Assembly: GCF_009914755.1 (NCBI RefSeq) | Contig: NC_060939.1 | DNA: 64,000 nt | Reading direction: 5' to 3' (one strand) | DNA from: the human T2T-CHM13v2.0 reference genome, Homo sapiens | Shown here: in pieces, positions 16,061 through 64,000 of the stretch | Layout of the letters: every line of letters starts with the position of its first letter | Position numbering within the stretch: position 1 is the first letter of the stretch | Notes under the pieces: model-generated | The model's input: the letters and a program-made list of their open reading frames with translations, nothing else | The model's database searches: none | Told to the model about the DNA's origin: nothing | Position numbers and translations under genes: made by a program

Positions 16061-16794
16061 CATCTTTTTCAAAACCAAGACCTAAATCTTACTAAAGTAA
16101 CTGGCTTTTTAACATAGTGAGTCATTCACCGCTTAATATTTCCTGTGCCTCAGCTTTCCTAATAGGAAAAAAAAATCAGTCCCCAGCCCTGACCTCTAGT
16201 GGTTAACAGCCTCCCTGACTCCCAGGACAGCCCCCTACAGACCCCTGTCCTTCATGGAGAAAATTCCAGGACTCCTTGCCCCGTTTGTTGGGTGTCCCTG
16301 TGGAGTTTTACAGGACAGAGGTGCTAGGGAAAGATAGATTCCTGCAGGGTATGCAGTGTTCCCTGCTTTTCTCCTCTGCAAGAATGGTTTCATCTGAAAT
16401 GAAGGAAATTTCATTTAAAGCCTCAGCTGATTACCACCACCAACTGAGCAATGTTAGCTGCATGGCCTGGGCTCAGAGAAGGCGGGGGTTACCCATGCCC
16501 ACCAGCCACCTGCCAGTACCTGAGGCCCTTCTCCCAGTGCTGCACCATCCAAGGAATGGAAAGGATACTTGCTCTTCGATTTTCTGCAGGAGATTCTTGT
16601 GAATGCCGAGCTGCATCGAAGGAACCAGGGGGCCTGATATTTGAACCAGCCTCTGTCCTCATACTCAGTTGAGGCTGTGCTCCCAGGGCTGCTAGGTCAC
16701 ACAACTCCAAGAGACAAATTCACACCATCAGTTCATGTGAACAGGATCCCCTGAAGTTGTGCAGTGCACAACCTGTGCAGCCCTATGTGACAGG

Positions 16795-17011
16795 CTTGTG
16801 GCCCCCTTTTTCTCTCATGAGGGGCTCTGACAAGCTGATGAATGATGCCCCTGCTCCTGTGTTTCTACCCAGCTTCAAGGGAAACCATGCTTGTTCTTCT
16901 GGACAAATCCCTCCAACTCTGTCACCTTCAGGACCTTGAAGCTTATTTCCAGCCATCTCAGACAAGAGTTGGAAATGAGGTAAGGACTCAGATACCTCCT
17001 CACTGAGGAGC
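16795..17011 (+). repeat. Direct-repeat copy 1 (~215 bp) flanking the LTR
   Basis: About 94% identical to 17447-17667 (about 12 substitutions, 8-nt and 4-nt indels). Confidence 0.95.
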
Positions 17012-17446
17012 GACCCTGGCTGAGCAGTGGATGAAATGTGTACTCAGACACAGGTATGCAGTGTAAGAGCAGCTAGGGGACTGCCCAGCTCAAGTGGCCA
17101 AAGTGCAGCCCTGAGAAGCTGGAGCTGCTTGCTTTTATTCAGTGCAGGCACAATGCCAAAAGCCTGGAGCAAACACTGGAGGTAATTAACATTTATTGTT
17201 CCCCTTTCAGGGAAGGTCATGGGCGTAGATGATCAAAGGTCAGTTCCTGGTCAACAGAAGTAAACAAGCCTGTTTAAGATAAATTCCCCCACACTCCCTC
17301 GTACCTACTCCTTGCCCTCTGCCTCAGGGTTATAGAACAGCTGTCTTTAGCTATTCTCCTCCAAAGCTATGCAGAGCCTTCCAACCTTTCAGAAGGCCTG
17401 CTCCTTTCCCTATAGCTTCTCCCACCACTCTGACCAATCTCCTACA
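17012..17446 (-). mobile_element. Solo ERVK LTR (LTR22/HML-5-like), 3' terminus truncated
   Basis: Minus strand begins TGTAGGAGATTGGTCAGAGTGGTGGGAGAAGCTATAGGGAAAGG, matching the recalled LTR22 5' end. Confidence 0.75.
17134..17197 (-). terminator. Candidate PLA2G4F poly(A) signals (AATAAA x2) inside the LTR
   Basis: tttatt at 17192-17197 and 17134-17139; my manual scan found no canonical hexamer between these and the stop codon. Confidence 0.5.
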
Positions 17447-17667
17447 CTTGTGGCCCCCTTTTTCTTCCCTTGCCTCATGAGGAGCTCTGACAAGTTGATG
17501 AATGATGTCCCTGCTCCTGTGTTTCTACCCAGCTTCAAGGGAAACCATGCTTGCTCTTCTAGACAAATCCCTCCAACTCTGTCACCTTCAGGACCCTGAA
17601 GCTTATTTCCAGCCATCTCAGATAAGGGTTGGGAATGAGGTAAAGACTCAGATCTCTCCTGAGGAGC
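17447..17667 (+). repeat. Direct-repeat copy 2 flanking the LTR
   Basis: Abuts the LTR TG terminus exactly. Confidence 0.95.
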
Positions 17668-18199
17668 AGACATTAAACTGGCTGGGTTACCTTCGGCCCC
17701 TCCCCTGGCTTCTTGCTCTGCGTGGCTCCCAGATTCAGTCTTGTTGGAGCCTCCCCATCCCTGGCTGAGATCCTCCCTGTACTTCTGGCCAATATCTGGG
17801 CCACAGCACTAGCCCAGCCTCCTGCCCCCTGCCCCCTGCCCTTGATCTTGTCCCAGTCTCCTCCCAAACCTTATCTGAGCACAAGTGGCATTGCCTACAC
17901 TTCTGTGTGAGAAGGTCCCCGCCCACTCTGCACAAGCCCACGTTTGCCTCCTTCACAAGCCTTGCTGGCCTGCGGGGACAGACGCTGGCCTCTGCAACCC
18001 TGGGGCTGCTGATCACATAGCCGAAGCAGAGACCTTATTGTAAGCAACTTTTCATGTGTGTGTGTATGCCTTTTTCTTGGGAGAGGGTCTGTGGTTTATA
18101 TCAGCTCTTCAAAAAGTCCACATGGGTTAGGAATCATGAAAGCATTGCATGCTTTTTTGTGGTTGGTGGGTGACGATCCATTTCTTAGAATGTAGGTTC

Positions 18200-18290
18200 C
18201 CATTCATTTATCAAATATTTACTGAGCACCTACCATGTATCAACTGCTGCTCTAGGCACTGAGGATACAGCAGTGAACAAAACAGATGGT
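18200..18290 (-). mobile_element. L2 3' end
   Basis: cattcatttatcaaatatttactgagcacctac...ctaggcactgaggatacagcagtgaacaa. Confidence 0.75.
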
Positions 18291-20006
18291 AGAATGACTT
18301 TCTAGGAGCCAGAGACAGCCTGAGGCTCTAATGGGCACTGAAGAAACACCACAGATTCTAAGTTGTGAACGCTGTGCAGTTCTGAGCTGTGAACCCTATG
18401 AAGGTTTTACTAACAAGTTATTGATGACGGCAGGCACAGCAGTGTTGATGACAATGGCCACAGCAGGAGCCAGATAAACTCCCAGATAAACCTCTCACTG
18501 CTGAACCAAGGGGAGGGGCCGTGGCCTGTGACAGGCAGCCATGGTGAGGAGGCAGAGGAGAACTGAGGTGTCCCCACCCCATGCCAGCCCAAATAACTGG
18601 CTCCCCCAGCCCTCGCAACTCATGCCAGCTGGAGGGCTGCAGATCCCAGGCCAGGCCAAGACACAGGCTGGGCTCCAGTCACCCTTCCCCAACCTGGAAA
18701 CCAGAACTAGTCTTCTTTCCAGACTCAGGACAGGTAAGGCTTCCCAGCACAGGTGTTCCTGACAGCGTGTCTGTGTGAGAGAGCATGGAGCAGGGGGTGC
18801 AGCCAAGAGGGAGCCCCTGGGACAGGGGGCAGAAGGAACAAGGTCTCAAGTGCTGCTGCAGGCTCCTAGGCAGCTCAGCACTGGAGGCATATGCTGCAGA
18901 GGCCGTGGCCAGATGGAGAGGGCCTGGCCAGAACGGGATCTCCTCTTCACGAATCTGAGGGCTGCCCACACTAGAGAGGTTCTAGGTATTTGGAGAGTCC
19001 CTGGCGGGTCAGGGGAAATGGAGAAGAGGGAGAGTGAGAAACAAAACTTGCCAAGACCCATTGGATGCATCTGGGAAAGAGGCAAGAGCCCAGGCGAGGC
19101 TCCCTCTGCACTGCCCATGCCTTGGAGTAACCCACCTCCAGGAACTTGCACACCCTCCTGCCCCACATACAGGTGCACACCTCTCCCCCGATGAACTGAT
19201 GCCCCTTCTAGACACACCCATTTAGCTCCTAGGAATGGTGAGACTATATTTGCATGATGTGGCCACTACACACATCACCAGAGACTGTGGTCCAGGTTCG
19301 AAGAGTGAAGCCTGGGTAACTGGCAGGGAGACACGCGCACATCTCCCACCTGGAGCAGCCAGAATGGGACATCACCCCACAGGCTTTAGGGCGCTGGGAA
19401 GAGAAGGGTGATCTGGGAGGAGGCACGAGGAGACCAGAAGGCAGAAGGAGGGTTAGGATGATGGAGTCAGCAACATAGGCTGGCCATCCCCTCAGCCCCT
19501 CATTGTTCTTGATAGCAGTGCATCCAGGAGCTCGAGGTGGGGTTGGGGCTTGGGCCGCTCTGCAGGAAGTGTGGATGGATGCATCTCTGCTTTCCATCTC
19601 AGTGTAAGGAGGACAGCTGGCTTCTCAGTGCCCTCAGCCCCTGTTCTGTGTGGGTCTGAGGACTTGGGCCCTCTGAGGTCCTTCTGTGTCTGGGGTGGGC
19701 TCTGTGGCTCACCTGATTCTCTCCACACCCCGCTGTGAAATGAGTGCTGTTCTCTTCTGCCCTACATCCCCAAGAGTCCCTGGAGCGATCTACTGCCCAT
19801 CTTCTCCAAAAACACACAAGGAGAGCCCTGCCCCAGTCCAAGCTGCAATTCTGCAAGAGCTTTCCGGGGCCTGGGGCACCTCGAGGCAGGTCCTGGAGAG
19901 AAGGGAAGCAGATCCTGCACAGAGTCCCCATCGCTCCTCCCTCTACAAGCCCTGACCATGAGCAGTGTGTCTCCTCTCTGTCACAGTCCTCCGCTTCCTG
20001 CCTTGG

Positions 20007-34572
<14,566 letters not shown>

Positions 34573-34800
34573 GGCTGGGCAGCCCGGGCCCCAGCAGGGA
34601 ACCCTGCCTGCGCTCCTCTGGTTGCACAAACTGCTGGCTCAGGTGTGACAGGCAGCACTGAGTTGGGAGGGTGGAGCTGCCTGCTCTGCAGAGAACTCAG
34701 GCTGGATGGCCTGCTGGAGGTGGAGTTTGACATGCTCCAGGAAGTGACTGGAGCTTAATTTCCCCAGGCAGGAGGCAGCTCAGTCCCTCTCCAAGAGACT
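34573..34800 (-). promoter_or_regulatory. PLA2G4F 5' UTR / core promoter region (not a CpG island)
   Basis: Immediately 5' of the ATG; weak TATA-like AATTAAG near 34755-34760; exact TSS cannot be read from sequence. Confidence 0.5.
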
Positions 34801-35084
34801 CTTGGGGTCTCTGGTTAGCACTCTTGTTCCCAAACCCAGCGCCCTGGTTATCACTGGGCTGTTTGTGAAAAATAGACACCGGAGCTATTTCCAACAAGAC
34901 CTCTAGGTGAAGCTGGCACAGCTGGCCCAGAGACCAGCTGGCAAGTGCAAATCAGGGAAGAGTCTCCTCCAGCTGTGGAAAAGGCCTGAAACTAGCCACC
35001 CTTCAAGTCCCACCTTCCCTGCGGCTCTTAAGCTGAAGCCTAGAAATCTCTGCTTCAGTGTTTCATCTGGGATCAAAGATGTTT

Positions 35085-35428
35085 CTCTCTTTATATATAT
35101 TTTCTAATTATACTTTAAGTTCTACGGTACATGTGCACAACGTGCAGGTTTGTTACATGTGTATACATGTGCCATATTGGTGTGCTGCACCCATTAACTC
35201 GTCATTTACATTAGGTATTTCTCCTAATGCTATCCCTCCCCCATGCCCCCTGCCCCCCGACATGCCCCGGTGTGTGATGTTCCCCGCCCTGTGTCTAAGT
35301 GTTCTCATTGTTCAATTCCCACCTATGAGTGAGAACATGTGGTGTTTGGTTTTCTGTCCTTGCGATAGTTTGCTCAGAATGATGGTTTCCAGCTTCATCC
35401 ATGTCCCTACAAAGGACATGAACTCATC
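35085..35428 (-). mobile_element. 5'-truncated primate L1PA 3' end
   Basis: tatactttaagttct...gtacatgtgcacaacgtgcagg; TSD atcaaagatgttt at 35072 and 35426. Confidence 0.92.
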
Positions 35429-36740
35429 AAAGATGTTTTTAATCTCTCCTGACCACCCTCATTAATTCGCCAAACACCAAGAGCCTGGTGGGTGCCAGAC
35501 CTGTGCTAGGCCCAGAAACGCAAAGGTGACAGAGGTGAGGCGGGCCCATCCACATCCTGGAGAAATTCAGTCTCATGACTCCCTGTGGCTTTGGCCCAGG
35601 CTCGCTTCCTGGGTCAGTGTACAGTGTCCAGGTACAGACAGGCATATGGGCAGGGGGTTATAAATAAGGACAGGCCAAACAACAAGTCTACGTATCCTTC
35701 AGCGACCAGATATACAGGCTTTAGCATTCTCTTTGGCCATCGTAGGCCTTAGGCTGCAGATGGATGTGATGTTCGCTCTTCTGTGGACCACAACCATCAA
35801 GGTGGCTGAGACAGGCACAGTCTCCAGGAAGAGTGAGGATCTCGGGGGCCGTGAACTGTGGGAGGGAGAGAATTTCTGTCCCTCAACTAAGATTCAGTCA
35901 TCTCCACTCTTCCCAAGGCCTAGAGTCACAGGCTGAAAAATACAACATCCAAAAAAGATGTGATTCAACTCCAAAATGAACCGAATGGGCAAGTTCAGAC
36001 CAGAAACTCCCCCCAAAAAAGGAATGTGTGACTGCCAGTGACCAGGCCCCAAAGAAGGGCCTGTTTCTGCTTTATTTGGATTGTGAAGCCAAGACTTGGC
36101 CTGGGCTCTAAGAAATGAGAGTCTGGCAGTTGGTGATAGCTGTGAATGTATGCAGGGGACCTGCGGATCCATACAAGAGGAGAGGGCACAGAGCTAGCTG
36201 GGGGCAGAACCAGGCTGGGGCTCTAGCTCCTGACTGATGTGTCTTTCTGGCTGTACCATCCTCTTCTGGAAGTCATCGGCCCCACTGCACAATAAAGTCA
36301 TTGCCCCTAGTGCCAGATGGGACAGAGACAACAAGGACTACATTTTCTCTTTGGAGTTGGCCAAAGTGAACCAACACTTCTCCACTTCCCAAACACCTCT
36401 GCGTCCCTCCATCCCAATTCCTTCATCATGGGCTGCAGGAAGAGGCACCAGGTGCTACTACATGATGGGGGAAAACACTTGGATCTCCCAGACGCCAGTG
36501 TGTCCCGCAGAATTCTGTAATGATGGATGTGTTCCGTATCTGTGCTGCTGACTCATCAGCCATGACCACACTGGCTGTACCACGTGGCATTTGTAATGCA
36601 AGTATTATATTCATTTTTTCTTGGTCACTAATTGGCTTATTCTTCTAAGTTCTTTGCTAAACTACTATCTTTTCATTGTTATTTTCATCAAACTCCACGG
36701 GAGGGAGAAATAAGAGACCCAGATAGGCTTGGTTTCTTGC

Positions 36741-36755
36741 TTTATTAGGTTTATT
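36741..36755 (-). terminator. VPS39: Tandem AATAAA poly(A) signals, probable VPS39 3' end (3' UTR ~2 kb)
   Basis: tttatt at 36741-36746 and 36750-36755 on the + strand; another at 36914-36919. Confidence 0.8.
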
Positions 36756-38776
36756 ATAAGGAGCAGTGATGAGATCTTTATCAGTCCTCACTACAAAGCT
36801 TTCATCTCCAGCCTTCTCCATAGCTCTGTGGAGGGCAGAGAGTTGAGGGAAGGAAGAATGGAGCTTGGGAGCATGGGATCATGTATGTATACCAGGAAAG
36901 AAAACACACATTCTTTATTCTATTGCTTCAAAGACAGTTTGTGAGAATGGAAGATAACAAGCACAGCTGGCCAGGAAGGCAGGGCACACATGGCAGGTCA
37001 AGTTCCTGCTATCCAGGGAGGTGGCCCAGAGCTTCCCTGCTGCTCCTGGAGGAAGCAGAGTCCAAGCTGGCCCAGATGAGGCCCCGGGCAGCACTGCTTC
37101 TGTGTGGGTATGGCCAGTCGGGACGTGGCGCCACACACTGCTCCTCCGAACTCTGGTGAAGGGCTGCCCAGCCTCACAGGCCTGAGCAGAGTCTCCCACA
37201 TCTGCGAATGGGGCCAATGGCACTCACTGTCTCTTCAGGCCCCCACGGACGGCATGCCTGGGGAAGCCTAGTCTACTTACCATCAGCACGTTGATCTGTC
37301 ACACAGCATGGAGCCATAGTTTACAAAGGACCACGGCAGGTCAAGGACAGGCCACTAAAACTGTTGGTGCTGGGCACCATCACCCACCCTCACCACCATC
37401 AAAGACACTGGTGCAGTGAGACTTCGAGTCTGCAAAAACCCCGGGGAGGACAGGAGGCAGGGCCACTCTCCCTGTGTGTCATCAGCCTGCAGTGCCTGAA
37501 ACTCCAGCCTGTGCACCTCTGGCAGGATGCCCCACACTGCTCCACAGGTTTGGCGGTGAGTTATTTTTAAACCAGCGTCCTGCTGTTCTTGCCCCCCGCG
37601 TCCCCTCTGCTGTGCCTAAACACCTCTCAGGAACACTTGGCAGCACGCCATTGTCAGTTCCAGGTCCACTCATCCCCTGCGTGTTGCCGGGACCCACCTT
37701 CCTGCGCTATCCCAGCACAACTCTCCAACCACACCATTGCTGAACAAAGCTGGGGAGTGACGGCCAGGGCAGGCTGTAAGGCAAGTGAATGGAAACTGGC
37801 TGGAAAAAGAGAAAGGGCCCAGAGCACAAAATCGCCACGCACAAAGACTAAGCCAGCCTGCCTGAGTGTCTGGTGAGCGAAGACGGAGCAGGCACCTCTG
37901 TGGGAACATGTATCTAGGGATCACGCATACCCCAGACAGGGCAGGCCCATCCTCAGGAGCTGCAGTCACACTCAGCCCGGCCTGAGGCAAGGGATGCAGG
38001 GCCTTGCCTAGGCAGAGAATGATGCTCTCCGAGGCATCTAGGCATGGAGTGTATGGCCAAAGAGGGTCTATTTACAACATACCTGACAATCAACTAGCAC
38101 TGTATTCCTAGAACTGAGACCCCTTGCTTCTCATCTTACCTTGCTTAAATATTAGTTATTCCCAGAGTCAGGGAAGTGGGAGAGAAAGCCTGGGTAGGGC
38201 AGTGAGGGAAGTGATAAATGGTGAGAAAGAAAAGGAGACTGAAAACTAACAGGGCGGCTACCGAGGGGTGCAGGGCACAGTTACCATGGAGACGTAAAAC
38301 ACTACACAGAATGCGAGCCATCGGGTCCATGCGGCCAGAAGCTTGAGTGCTGTTCTCTCATGGAACTCTCCAGTGAGCCATGCTGAGCGGTCCTTGTGAA
38401 GTCATGTACTTAATAGAAAAGCCCTTGATGAACAACCCCATGGTTACAAACACTTGTGACAAGTTTCCTTGTTCAGGTGACTGGTGTGCAAAGGCAAGAT
38501 GGTGCACATCCTCCTGACCAAGCAGGTACTGAATTCTCTGGAATTGCCCACAACATAATGGTATAAGGTATAACTAATCTCTTTTCCCATTAAAAAGCTG
38601 GCAATGCCAGACCATGAGTCTAATTAATTCAGAGTTGTTCCAGGGCACAAGATAGCCAGTAATGTCCAAATGGGGAGCCTTGTGGTGGTGGCAGCCAGGA
38701 TTCCTAAGGCCAGGTGCTCCTTCACCTCTCTGGGAGAGCCAAGCTGTCCATCCGCTGGATCCCCAGGATGCTGGGC

Positions 38777-62724
<23,948 letters not shown>

Positions 62725-62919
62725 CTATAGGAAGAAACAGAGTGAGTCACCTAGCATTCCCCAGCCAGAGGTAAGAACACAGGAAAAATCCAGATAGAAC
62801 CCGAAACCTAGAGAAGCCAATAATATTCCTTGTTTGACATAAGAAAATGTTACAGAGTTTATTATAATAACCGTTGTTATCACAATGTAAAACCCGTTCT
62901 CTAATGCAAAGGAAAGCAT

Positions 62920-63910
<991 letters not shown>

Positions 63911-64000
63911 AATTTCTGAATAGCCTGGTCCTAAAGCAAGGTTTCCCACCCTGAAGGTGATGTCAGCATCCAAGGCAGTCAGAGAACTGAGAGCCTTAAG

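Overview
This is human genomic DNA, identified as the chr15q15.1 PLA2G4F-VPS39 interval from the translated exons. It holds the complete PLA2G4F gene (cytosolic phospholipase A2 zeta) on the minus strand: 20 coding exons, 34572->20007, 2550 nt = 849 aa + stop, all introns GT-AG, catalytic Ser395/Asp680 intact. It also holds the 3' 18 coding exons and 3' UTR of VPS39 (HOPS subunit) on the minus strand: 62724->38777, 697 aa + stop, poly(A) signals near 36741-36755. The genes are tandem, with about 2 kb between the VPS39 poly(A) signals and PLA2G4F exon 1. The first ~16 kb is repeat-rich intergenic DNA (L1, Alu, LTR, MIR, DNA transposons). I found no tRNA, rRNA, CRISPR array, prokaryotic module or new protein-coding gene, and I cannot support a wholly new biological system. 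The most unusual structure is a solo LTR22-like (HERV-K/HML-5) LTR flanked by a ~215-bp direct duplication instead of a 5-6 bp target-site duplication (TSD). It also carries the first canonical AATAAA downstream of the PLA2G4F stop. Other leads are a possible VPS39->PLA2G4F read-through, a 500-nt UG-rich tract beside exon 2, intronic GRHL/TFCP2, MEF2 and RFX motifs, a CTCF-like pair, an AluYd-type element and an Alu-flanked circRNA candidate. Repeat subfamily names are from recalled consensus sequences and repeat boundaries are approximate.
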